64,000 bases of DNA from Myxococcota bacterium (GTDB taxonomy: Bacteria; Myxococcota_A; Polyangia; Nannocystales; Nannocystaceae). Positions 23,701 to 31,883 of this stretch are shown here, piece by piece; position 1 is the first letter of the stretch, and every line of letters begins with the position of its first letter. The position numbers were made by a program, and so were the translations under genes. The stretch spans positions 448,001 to 512,000 of the forward strand of contig JBCCHT010000001.1 in assembly GCA_039028615.1 (NCBI GenBank), in the 5' to 3' direction. The notes below the pieces were generated by a model. The model did no database searches, was not told where the DNA came from, and was given only the letters and a program-made list of their open reading frames with translations.

Positions 23701-24348
23701 GCAGGCGCCACAGGGGCCGCAGTCCTCGGGACAGGTGAAGCACAGCTCGCCCTCGAGCGGGTTGCAGACCCCGTCGCCGCAGTCGCCTCCACAGGGGCCG
23801 CAGTCCTCGGGGCAGTTGAAGCAAATCTCGCCGGACAGCGGCTCGCACACGCCGTCGCCACAGCCTCCGCACACGCCACAGTCCACGGGGCAGTTGCGGC
23901 ACTGCTCGCCCGAGCCCGGGTTGCACACGCCATCGCCACACGACGGGCACGGGCCACAGTCGCTCGAGCAGTTGTCACAGGACTCGCCCTGGCTGGGCTC
24001 GCAGACCCCGTTGCCGCAGGTCGGGCAGCTGCCGCAATCGGTCGGGCAGACCTCGCAGTTTTCACCCGCGCCACAGATCGCGTCGCCACAGAACTCGCAG
24101 GGCCCACAATCCTCGGGGCAATCGGAGCAGGTCTCGGTCCCGTCGCAGACCAAGTTGCCGCATACGGGGTCGTCGGTGTCCGTGCCCGGGTCGTCGGTGT
24201 CCGTCCCCGGATCCGTATCGGTGGCGACGTCGGTGTCGGTCTCCTCGACGGGACGGGGTGGTGGATCGAGCTGAAGGTCGGTGCGACCGCAAGAAGCGAG
24301 CGCCAACACGCCCCACAGCAACCAGATCCATTTCAAAGACCAATGCAT
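20746..24348 (-). CDS. Giant cysteine-rich repeat lipoprotein with C-terminal somatomedin-B-like domain
   Basis: Lipobox 'LASC'; ~43 units of CGDGxCD(x)nGEdCxxCxxDCGxC; tail 'CWCDPSCVFFGDCCWDACTEC'. Confidence 0.85.
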   Translation of the reverse strand: MHWSLKWIWLLWGVLALASCGRTDLQLDPPPRPVEETDTDVATDTDPGTDTDDPGTDTDDPVCGNLVCDGTETCSDCPEDCGPCEFCGDAICGAGENCEVCPTDCGSCPTCGNGVCEPSQGESCDNCSSDCGPCPSCGDGVCNPGSGEQCRNCPVDCGVCGGCGDGVCEPLSGEICFNCPEDCGPCGGDCGDGVCNPLEGELCFTCPEDCGPCGACGDGVCDPISGEACFTCEEDCGECGSCGDGFCDVFSGEFCFSCEEDCGSCGECGDGVCDAESLEFCFSCPEDCGDCGSCGDGFCDAASLEFCFNCEEDCGPCSGCGDGVCDPFVGETCFSCEDDCGPCSACGDGFCDEAAGESCLFCAQDCGTCPACGDLFCDPFAGEDCTTCELDCGPCASCGDGFCDPFAGEDCTTCSADCGPCACGDGICDAASGESCATCVPDCGPCPTCGDGFCDPTTEDCGSCALDCGACPTCGDGVCDPASENCGSCPVDCGPCPTCGDGVCDPAVGESCGNCVADCGPCAACGDGVCDPAFAEDCATCPVDCGACPTCGDGACDAAAGEDCTTCELDCGPCSACGDGVCDPAAAEDCGTCPADCGPCASCGDGACDPAAGEDCGTCPVDCGPCVTCGDGVCDGAIGEDCATCAADCGPCVTCGDGVCDPAAGEDCATCAADCGPCVSCGDGVCDPAAGEDCASCALDCGACPSCGDGVCDPAAGEDCGSCAADCGPCVSCGDGLCDPAAGEDCASCEADCGVCVSCGDGVCDPAAGEDCASCAVDCGACPSCGDGVCDAAAGEDCGSCAADCGPCVSCGDGVCDAAVGEDCNTCAADCGPCVTCGDGLCDAAAGEDCNTCAADCGPCSVCGDGLCDAAAGEDCNTCAADCGPCGGCGNGVCDAGEDCASCPGDCGPCGGCGDGVCQPVDGEDCATCAADCGPCVVCGDGTCDATEDCATCAADCGPCAGCGDGVCDAAAGEDCASCAADCGACGTCGDGTCDALESCTTCAVDCGACPGCGDGLCDLGAGEDCASCAADCGPCAVCGDGSCDPVAGETCDSCPADCGTCSGCNDGFCNPGIGESCITCPADCGACGDCGNGVCEPALGESCVTCDADCGVCDPCGDGICDMASGESCASCVVDCACDSCGDGTCGPGETQFNCPNDCACASGCGGFIGGGGCWCDPSCVFFGDCCWDACTECGHCAP
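20870..24165 (-). repeat. Tandem ~78-bp (26-aa) coding repeat, about 43 copies
   Basis: Recurring 'cagaccccgtcgccgca' and 'ccgcagtc' on + strand; units counted from the translation. Confidence 0.92.
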
Positions 24349-24663
24349 GATGTAGACCCGCCTGTCGGCCGAATAGCCGTCGAGCAGCATTTCATCGTAC
24401 CCGACGATCTGCCGATCCCCCAAAGCTCTGAGCCATCACGCGCATCGCACTGAACAGGCGACGCCTGCGCACGGCGGGCTCCCGTGCCCGATCGGACGGA
24501 TCCGGGCCCATGGCCCCGATTCGGCCCTGATCCCGCAAGACGCCGAAATCCGCGCCGATTTCGACGGGCCCGACCTACGGTGGCATCGCACCCACATGTG
24601 CATGCGTGGCTCAACCCTCCCAACACGCGCCGAAACGCCCCCCGTTTCCTCTTGGACGGGGGG

Positions 24664-25860
24664 TCAACGCGATCCGCGACAGCGGTCGTCGGGGCTGGCC
24701 GAGCAGCCTTCGCAGTCCCAGCCGAAACCGTCGAGCAGCACCAGCGTGTCGCGCTGGTCATCACCCATGTCGAACAGCGCCACCGTCAGCTCGAGCTGCT
24801 CGTGCGGCACCGACGAGCCCTCGACGCGGAACCAGCCCGTGCCCCCGCCCTCGTCGAACTCGTGGGCGGAAAACCCGGTGCCGGCGAGTTCGGCCGAGTT
24901 TTCGTGGAAGGGCACGGGCCACTGCGCTCCCACGCTGCACGCCTCACCTTCGGGCACGCACAGGTTGCCGACGTAGCTCTCCGAGCTGCTCCACACCACC
25001 AGCATGTCGTTGAACACGGTGCCTACTGACTCGGGGAACTCTTCGGAGAACAGGGCCGCATCGAAGGCAAAGCCGTAGGTGCCACTGGGGACTTCGGTGC
25101 GGAACTGAAACCACACCAGGTCGTACGCGGCACTGCCCCCGCCGAGCCACTCGTTCCACAGCGTGTTGGAGCAGTCGCCCGTGCCATCGCAATCGACGAA
25201 GGGCTCGAAGCCGCCGCCGAAGGCCGCGGTCATGGGCGCGGGCAAGGGCTTGTCATCGGGGTTGTCGTTGGCGTCCTCGACGAGCACGTCCATCGTGACC
25301 GCGCCGAGCTCATCGGTCGGCGGCAAGGTCCCGGTGGAGAGAATGAGCAGCTGCTCCCCCTGCGTCGGGCCCCACGTCGGTTCACCCGTTTCTTCATCGT
25401 CATGCGTGCCCAGCCGACGAGCGACGCGCCAGGCGTCGGGGTCGGCCGAGGCAAAGGTCGCAAACGACAGCGGCACGGTGGCATCGGCCGGGCCCACGCA
25501 TCCCAGCTCCATCGCTTGCAGGGGCTCGGGCGAGTCCGTGGGCGCATCGCAGGGCACCAGCTGCAGCGGTGACTCGCACGCGGGCTCGGCCCCCGAATCG
25601 TCGCCGCTCGAAGACTCACTGGACTCGCCGTCCGCCCCCTCCCCCGTCGCACCACTCGAGCTCGACCCGGTACCGTCTCCCGTGGCGCGGGTGTCATCCG
25701 GCGCGGACCCGCTGCTGCTCGAATCGATCGCGCCCGACGACCCGGTCGAGCCGGACGTCGAGCCCAGACCCGAGCTGGCCAGTGAAGAGGGCAGGTCGTC
25801 GCCACACCCCAGGGCGCAAACGCTCCCGAGCGCGACCGAGACGATGAGGGAGACACGCAT
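24664..25860 (-). CDS. Lipoprotein with choice-of-anchor L-like domain
   Basis: Lipobox 'LGCGDD'; Ser/Gly stalk; 'LSTG' and 'FSEEFPESVGTVFNDML' motifs. Confidence 0.72.
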   Translation of the reverse strand: MRVSLIVSVALGSVCALGCGDDLPSSLASSGLGSTSGSTGSSGAIDSSSSGSAPDDTRATGDGTGSSSSGATGEGADGESSESSSGDDSGAEPACESPLQLVPCDAPTDSPEPLQAMELGCVGPADATVPLSFATFASADPDAWRVARRLGTHDDEETGEPTWGPTQGEQLLILSTGTLPPTDELGAVTMDVLVEDANDNPDDKPLPAPMTAAFGGGFEPFVDCDGTGDCSNTLWNEWLGGGSAAYDLVWFQFRTEVPSGTYGFAFDAALFSEEFPESVGTVFNDMLVVWSSSESYVGNLCVPEGEACSVGAQWPVPFHENSAELAGTGFSAHEFDEGGGTGWFRVEGSSVPHEQLELTVALFDMGDDQRDTLVLLDGFGWDCEGCSASPDDRCRGSR

Positions 25861-26188
25861 GCGCCGTCACCCAGACTAGCAGACCGCCGGGCCCCCCTCG
25901 GTCACCCCGTCCCGCGAACGAGCCATGCGTCTCACCGAAGGGAACGAGCCCTCGCCGCGGCTTGCGTCCGCGCGACATGGCCCCGGGTCCCATGCCCCTG
26001 ACCCCGTCGAGAACACCCACGGCGCAGACCGTAAACCGAGGGTGATGGCCCTAGCTGGCGAGCCGTCCCATCGGGGAACCTCGCCGCACTCGCGAGCCAC
26101 CGATCGCGCTCAACGGCTGTCATTCGCGGCTTTGGACCCAACCGGCCGGGGATTGCCTCTGGGCCGGGGAGGTCGGTACCTTCTCGCC

Positions 26189-26986
26189 GTGCTCCGCTTC
26201 CACCACCTCTGGCCCGTTGCTGCCCTCTCTTTCGTGCTCGCCTGCGACGGTGGGGACAAGTCCGGCAAGGGCAAGGCGGACGGCAAGAAGGCCGACGCGA
26301 CCAAGAAGGCTGGCGACGACAAGAAGGCCGACGACAAAAAGGCCGGCGACGCCAAGAAGGCCGACGACAAAAAGGCCGGCGACGCCAAGCAGGCCGATGC
26401 CAAGGCGCCCGAGAAGCACTTCGACATCAGCAAGGACAAGTCGGGCGTCCTCGCCCGCTCGGCGGCGGCGCTCGAGGGGACGGACAAGTTCGACGATCCG
26501 AACCTGCACGACATGTCCCACCACGCGGAGAAGCTGCCCTCCTTCGAGAAGGTCTGTGCCCACGAGGCCGGCATCAAGGGCGCCGACTTCGACCAGGCCG
26601 CCTGCGTGACCCAGCTCGAGCACAACATGGTGGTCATCGGCCCGGAGATCTACGCCCAGTACGCCGACTGCCTGCTCGCCGCCACGACCACGGCCGAGAT
26701 CGACGCCTGCGAGGCAGCCGAGGCCGAGGCCGAGAAACTGCTCCACGAAAAGCCCCACGGCGATGGCCTCTCCCAAGAGGCATGCGACGGCCTGTTCGCC
26801 AAGTTCGAGAAGCTCGCCATGGACGACGCGGGCGACGACGTCGAGCTGGTGAAGACCATCCTCGAAGAGGTGAAGGGCGACGTCATCACCGCCTGCAAGG
26901 AGCAAGGGTCGCAGGCCGAGATCGACTGCTCGAACAACGCCAAGACGCTGCCCGAGCTCAAGGAGTGCGCCTCCAAGCTGCTGTAG
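26189..26986 (+). CDS. Lipoprotein with Lys/Asp-rich repeats and Cys-containing helical domains
   Basis: Lipobox 'VLAC'; 'KKADDKKAGDA' x2; paired Cys motifs. Confidence 0.72.
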   Translation: MLRFHHLWPVAALSFVLACDGGDKSGKGKADGKKADATKKAGDDKKADDKKAGDAKKADDKKAGDAKQADAKAPEKHFDISKDKSGVLARSAAALEGTDKFDDPNLHDMSHHAEKLPSFEKVCAHEAGIKGADFDQAACVTQLEHNMVVIGPEIYAQYADCLLAATTTAEIDACEAAEAEAEKLLHEKPHGDGLSQEACDGLFAKFEKLAMDDAGDDVELVKTILEEVKGDVITACKEQGSQAEIDCSNNAKTLPELKECASKLL

Positions 26987-27022
26987 CGAGCGCGGCCGCC
27001 CCGGCCCCATCGCACGCCACCA

Positions 27023-27129
27023 CGACCCCGCTCGAGCATCGCTCGGCGGGGTCGAGTCGTTGGTGCGCCGCTCGGTGTCCGATCCGAGCATCGAGCGGGG
27101 GACGTTGCCCCCTTCGGCGATCGGCCGAA
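27023..27129 (+). terminator. GC-rich tandem hairpins downstream of the lipoprotein gene (possible terminator or structured RNA)
   Basis: CGACCCCGC...GCGGGGTCG (27023-27054), CCGCTCGGTG...CATCGAGCGG (27068-27098), TTCGGC...GCCGAA; no U-tract. Confidence 0.35.
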
Positions 27130-27322
27130 CGAGCACCTACATTGCCTCCACCCGATTCGAGCGTCGCCCCGGCGTGGTGACGACATAACGGCGTCCGCGC
27201 CACGATGCGGGTGCATTCGGGCATTGCCGTGCCGCCGCCTCCGATCGGTCGCTCGTCCCGTGCCACGCCAGGTTCGTCCCTTGGGCCTTGGCGCTCGGCG
27301 CCTCACCCTCTACGTTGACTGC

Positions 27323-27970
27323 ATGCGTCGCTCCTCGTGCCTCGCCCTGGCTGCTCTCGCTTGCACGCTGGCCGCTCCCGCGGTCGCCTCGGCCGCTCCG
27401 GCCGAAGAAGCAGACACCAGCGAAGAGGAAACCTCGCGACGGGAGAGAATCAATCCCAATCGCGTGCGCTCCATCGAGCTGCAGGGCGTGGGCATGACTC
27501 AGCTGCTCCCTCGCCCCAGCGGCGGCGGTGAGGTGGCCTTCTCGTTCGGGTTCCCGGCCTTCCAGGCGCGCGTGGGCATGCAGGTCCTGGGCGTCGCTCC
27601 GTTCAATGTCGGTGAGGCCAAGGTCTCCAACACCCTCGGTGCGGCCACGCTCGATCTGTGCGCGGCCAAGAAGGTCCTGCGCCATCAGATCCGCATGTGT
27701 GTCGGTGGTCAGGGCGGCGGCATGCTGCACCGCTGGAGCAACACCGATCGCCCCGGTCGACGCGCCACCCCGTGGGGGGCGGGCACGCTCAAGGGTGACT
27801 ACCAGCTCGAGCTCACCGATCACTTCGGGATCATCGGCGGCGTCGGCGTGGTCATGCCCCTGCTCGGGCCCACCTTCCGCGGCCGCGATGCCAACGGCTC
27901 GCCCACGCCCCAGGTCTTTCCCGGACCGATGGCGGGCTTCTTGAGCCTCGGCACCACGTTCCGCTGGTAG
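27323..27970 (+). CDS. Putative small outer-membrane beta-barrel protein
   Basis: Signal peptide 'AVASAAP'; amphipathic strands; terminal 'FLSLGTTFRW'. Confidence 0.6.
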   Translation: MRRSSCLALAALACTLAAPAVASAAPAEEADTSEEETSRRERINPNRVRSIELQGVGMTQLLPRPSGGGEVAFSFGFPAFQARVGMQVLGVAPFNVGEAKVSNTLGAATLDLCAAKKVLRHQIRMCVGGQGGGMLHRWSNTDRPGRRATPWGAGTLKGDYQLELTDHFGIIGGVGVVMPLLGPTFRGRDANGSPTPQVFPGPMAGFLSLGTTFRW

Positions 27971-27998
27971 GCCGCTCCTCGGTCGGCGCACCCGCGTC

Positions 27999-28868
27999 CT
28001 AGGACGGATCGGCCATCGCCACCGCGAGCACGCGCCAGGACTCCGAAGTCTGGGCGAACGCGACGATCTGCATCGTCTCGAGGTCGTCCACCTTCCGTGC
28101 CGAGAGCGTCGCGCGGCATCGGCTGCCGTCCTCGTCCGCGCCCAGGGTGCACGCCCGCGCGAGATCGCGGACGACGTAGTTGCCCGCCAGCACCCGCCCT
28201 GCGTTCTCTCCCCGCGGGACCTTGGTGCGATGGCCACTGTCGGTCAGCGCCACCATGACTCGGCTCGCGATCGGGGCCGCGCCGTCGAGCCACTCGGGAG
28301 ACACATCCACGCGCACGGATCGTCCACTGCGCTCCGTATCGAGGGTCAGCTGTAGGACCTCGGGCTCCGCGGCGGCATGGCGAAGCGCGGCATCGGTGCG
28401 AGATCGACTGGTGCCGACGCTGCGGTCGCGACCGTCGAAGAGCAGCTGGGGCGTGTACACCCGGCTCGACCCGAACGCCTCGGCATAGTCGTATTGCCGT
28501 TTCGTCCAGCGCGGCTGGCTGAACGGATCCGGCCACCCCAGGTTGTTCCAGTAGTCCACGTGATAGGCCAGCGCGACCACGGGCGGGCCTTCGCCACCCT
28601 CGACCACCTGGCGGAGCAAGCTGTCGGCGGGCGGACAACTCGAGCACCCTTGCGAGGTGAACAGCTCGACCAGCACGGGCGTCGTGGAGGCCGCCGTCGA
28701 AGGGGCCGCCGTCATCGCCGCCGCACGGGCCTCGCGGGGCTCCTGCGGCTCCCGGGGGCTGGCCGTATCATGCTCACACGCCACCACCCCCAGGGCGATG
28801 GCCACGATCGAGGCACACAGATCGACACGCACGATCGCAGTACGCCGGATCCCCACCCGTGGTTTCAT
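27999..28868 (-). CDS. DUF1223 thioredoxin-like lipoprotein
   Basis: 'VELFTSQGCSSCPPAD', 'YHVDYWNNLGWPDPFS', 'VYTPQ', 'RGENAGR'. Confidence 0.9.
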   Translation of the reverse strand: MKPRVGIRRTAIVRVDLCASIVAIALGVVACEHDTASPREPQEPREARAAAMTAAPSTAASTTPVLVELFTSQGCSSCPPADSLLRQVVEGGEGPPVVALAYHVDYWNNLGWPDPFSQPRWTKRQYDYAEAFGSSRVYTPQLLFDGRDRSVGTSRSRTDAALRHAAAEPEVLQLTLDTERSGRSVRVDVSPEWLDGAAPIASRVMVALTDSGHRTKVPRGENAGRVLAGNYVVRDLARACTLGADEDGSRCRATLSARKVDDLETMQIVAFAQTSESWRVLAVAMADPS

Positions 28869-28943
28869 CGAGCCCGAGAACGGGAAAAGGAGCACGACGC
28901 GGCGATGACTCGTCGCGTGTGCTCCCTTCGCCGTGATTCGTGA

Positions 28944-29525
28944 CTACTCGGGCTCTTCGTCGCCCGGCTCGTCGTCGGGCCCGGGCCCTTCGCCCGGCAG
29001 ATCCACCCCGGCACAGCCGACGTACAGCTCGCCACAGCTCACCGGATCCTCACCATCCTGGATGCAGCACAGCAGCGCCTCTTCGCAGGACCCGGCGCCA
29101 TCGTGGTCGACCCACTCGCCCAGCTCGTCGAGGCAGACCTCGACCGCGGCCTCGCAGGCCGCGAGGTCGAGCTGGCCACCACCGATGCATGCCTCTACCG
29201 CGGCTTCGCATTCGCTGCCCTCGCCGTATCCGTCGTCGTTGCCTTCGCTCTCGCCCTCGTCGTCGCCCTCGTCGTCGCCCTCGTCTTCGCCTTCGTCCTC
29301 ACCGTAGTCGTCGCCCTCGTCTTCGCCCTCGTCCTCACCTTTGTCGTCTTTGCCCTCGTCCTCGCCTTCGTCGTCGAGGCCTTCGTCCTCACCGGCCTCG
29401 GTCTCGGCCTCGTCGGTCGGCAGCTCGCCGTCGACATTGATGCCCAGGTCGCAGCCGCCGAGGAGGACCAGGGGAACGATGGCCGCCAACAGGCTGCCGC
29501 GGAACATTGCGGTATTCGTCTTCAT
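28944..29525 (-). CDS. Acidic low-complexity lipoprotein
   Basis: Lipobox 'LGGC'; EDEG repeats; Cys-rich C-terminus. Confidence 0.7.
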   Translation of the reverse strand: MKTNTAMFRGSLLAAIVPLVLLGGCDLGINVDGELPTDEAETEAGEDEGLDDEGEDEGKDDKGEDEGEDEGDDYGEDEGEDEGDDEGDDEGESEGNDDGYGEGSECEAAVEACIGGGQLDLAACEAAVEVCLDELGEWVDHDGAGSCEEALLCCIQDGEDPVSCGELYVGCAGVDLPGEGPGPDDEPGDEEPE

Positions 29526-29720
29526 ATGGGGTTGCTCGCTTCTGTCTAGAGGCGAGCCCCAGCGGCGCCTTTTCGGGATCGCGAACGCGATGTCGCCCGG
29601 GGGGGAAAGAACGTCACGGGGCTCGCTTGGTTGTTGCCACTTCGACAACCATCGATGACACCTCGCGAGCGGCCACGATCGAATTGGGCACGACGAGGTC
29701 GTACGCCCCTGCGCTACGCC

Positions 29721-30473
29721 TCAGAAACGGAACCGGAAGCCCGCGGCTCCACCCCGTCCGCCGACGGGCGGCTGCACCCAGGCCCGCATGCCGTGCTCGA
29801 GTCGCCACTTGCGGTAGCGCTGCCGTTGCAGCAACCCGAGCGACAAGATCACCGCGCCGCTGATCAACATGAGCGACCCGTATGTAGTGCGCACGACGTT
29901 GAAGACGAACACGGGGCGGCAGTTCTCGGGATCCTCCACCGTGCGCCCCAGCGCCTCGAGGCGTTCGGCGCAGTGGTCCGGCACCGTCATCCAGGTACCC
30001 ACGCCGCTGCTCACCGCGGACACGAACCCGATGGGCACGAGGATCGAACCCGCGACGATGTGTCGGTGGCCGTCGGGAGGCGCTCGCTCGAGCACCACCC
30101 CCTTGCCGTAGTACCCACCCGGAGCAAAGCCAGCATCGGGATCGAAGTCGGGCGCAGGTGGTTGCGGGTGCGAGGGCTCGGTCGGCTCGACCTCAGTGGC
30201 TTCGGCTTCACCTTCGACAGGCGGGTTGGACTCGAGGTCCGACTCGGGCTCGGCCTCAGCCGTGTCGCTCTCGTGCTCGGCGAGGTCGCCTTCGCCTTCG
30301 CTCGGGGGCGACGTCGGAGCCTCGTCGACCTCGGCGACTTCGAGTTCGTCGCCGCTGGTGACCGGAGGCTCGGTCTCCTCGACCGGCACCTCGGGCGCGT
30401 GTGCCTGGACCACCCCGGGCCCGCCCGCACTCAGGGCGAGCCCGAGCCCGACCGCGACGAACCGCGAACTCAT
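29721..30473 (-). CDS. Exported/membrane hypothetical protein
   Basis: Signal peptide, acidic Pro-rich linker, hydrophobic segments, terminal 'GFRFRF'; ATGA overlap with upstream gene. Confidence 0.65.
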   Translation of the reverse strand: MSSRFVAVGLGLALSAGGPGVVQAHAPEVPVEETEPPVTSGDELEVAEVDEAPTSPPSEGEGDLAEHESDTAEAEPESDLESNPPVEGEAEATEVEPTEPSHPQPPAPDFDPDAGFAPGGYYGKGVVLERAPPDGHRHIVAGSILVPIGFVSAVSSGVGTWMTVPDHCAERLEALGRTVEDPENCRPVFVFNVVRTTYGSLMLISGAVILSLGLLQRQRYRKWRLEHGMRAWVQPPVGGRGGAAGFRFRF

Positions 30474-31711
30474 CCCGCCGCTCCAGCCAGCGTCTCGAAG
30501 CGTCGAACCTGGCGGCGATAGAACGCGGTCTTGGGCTCGAGCTCACTAGCCTTGCGGATGGCGTCGAGCGCCTTGGTGTCGTCTTTGGTCAGGTGCAACA
30601 GCTCCGCCTCGACGTAGCGCAGGTCCGCATCGGCCGGGTCGGCTTCGATCCCCTTTTGAACCGCCGCCAATCCTTGTGCTGCTCCGCACTTTTGCCGAAA
30701 CGCGAACCATCCGTAGCTCGAGGCCAGTCCGGGATCGCCCGGGTCGGTGGCCCACATCGCCTCGAGGCTGACCACCGCGTCCTCCTCTCGGTCGAGCTTG
30801 CACAAAAGCCGACCGATATGCCGGTAGGCCCGTACCGCGAGCTTGTCCTCGGGGTAGCGCCGCTGCAGCGCCTTGAACTGCTCGATCGCTCCGTTGGGGT
30901 CGCCCTCGAGCTTGTAGGTGACGAACAACGCCCGGTCGTAGAGGACGCGCGCCGCCAGGCCCAGCTCGTTTTTGGGGTCGCCGAGCATCACTGCCTCGAA
31001 CTGCTGGTCCGCCTCCTCGGCCTTGGCGGCCAGGACGTATGCGTGGCCCAGGGCGTAGCGCTTCTTCAGATCGTCGGGGTTGGCCTCGACCGCCTCGAGC
31101 AACTCCGAGAGGACGTTGCCGCCCTCCTGGATGGCCTTGATCGCGGTGGCAAAGGCCTCGGGCTCGAGGAAGTCGACCATGCGGTCCTTCTCGAGGCCGC
31201 TGGCTTCGAGCACCAGCATCGTGGGGTACGCCTGCACGTGATAGCGCTCGACGATCTCGGGGCCCTCGCCCTTCTCCGCGTCGATGTGCATGGCGATGAA
31301 GTCCTGTTCGAGCAAAGCGCCGATCTCCGGGCGTACGAAGACCTCCTCGTCGAGGCGGTGGCACGGCGGGCACCAGTAGGCACCCACGTCGACGAACACG
31401 AGCTTGCCGTCGGCCTTGGCCTTGGCCAGCGCCTCCTCGAGCGTGCCCTCGAACCAGTCGACGGCGGGCACCACCTCACCGTTGTCCTGGACCCCCGGCT
31501 TCGCGTCGTCCGGAGTGGGTTTGGCGACCTCGGGTGCCTTCGAGGACGGTGTATCGGCCTTGCTCGCGGGCGGCTCGGCGGACTTGGGGGAACCCTTGCT
31601 CGCGGGCTCGGGCTTGGAGCCTCCCTCACCGCACGCGCTCGACCCCATCGCGACCGCCATTGCCAGCGCCAGCAATCCCCCGATGCCTCGTCGTCGCATT
31701 CGCTCGTTCAT
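30470..31711 (-). CDS. Thioredoxin-family lipoprotein with TPR repeats
   Basis: 'DVGAYWCPPCHRLD', 'YPTM'; TPR helices; lipobox 'SSAC'. Confidence 0.85.
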   Translation of the reverse strand: MNERMRRRGIGGLLALAMAVAMGSSACGEGGSKPEPASKGSPKSAEPPASKADTPSSKAPEVAKPTPDDAKPGVQDNGEVVPAVDWFEGTLEEALAKAKADGKLVFVDVGAYWCPPCHRLDEEVFVRPEIGALLEQDFIAMHIDAEKGEGPEIVERYHVQAYPTMLVLEASGLEKDRMVDFLEPEAFATAIKAIQEGGNVLSELLEAVEANPDDLKKRYALGHAYVLAAKAEEADQQFEAVMLGDPKNELGLAARVLYDRALFVTYKLEGDPNGAIEQFKALQRRYPEDKLAVRAYRHIGRLLCKLDREEDAVVSLEAMWATDPGDPGLASSYGWFAFRQKCGAAQGLAAVQKGIEADPADADLRYVEAELLHLTKDDTKALDAIRKASELEPKTAFYRRQVRRFETLAGAAG

Positions 31712-31883
31712 GTCCAAGTCGAACCCTGCCGCGCTCGCTGCCCGACCGCAATCGCGAGGGTACGGCGCCTCAGCCGACGTTGCTTGCGCAAGCCAAGCCC
31801 CCAAAACCGCAGCGTTTTCCCGTCGCGTCACGCGCCACCCCCACGGTCGCGTCGGCTCGACGCGGCAGGGTACAGTCCGCTCG

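Noticed and set aside
20870..24165. Possible CRISPR array suggested by regular repeats
   Set aside because: Repeats are degenerate at third codon positions, in frame, lack unique spacers, and no cas genes are present
20758..24453. Long + strand ORFs (1231 aa, 865 aa) over the Cys-rich repeat
   Set aside because: Antisense shadows of a repetitive GC-rich gene; the - strand frame has the lipobox and coherent Cys pattern
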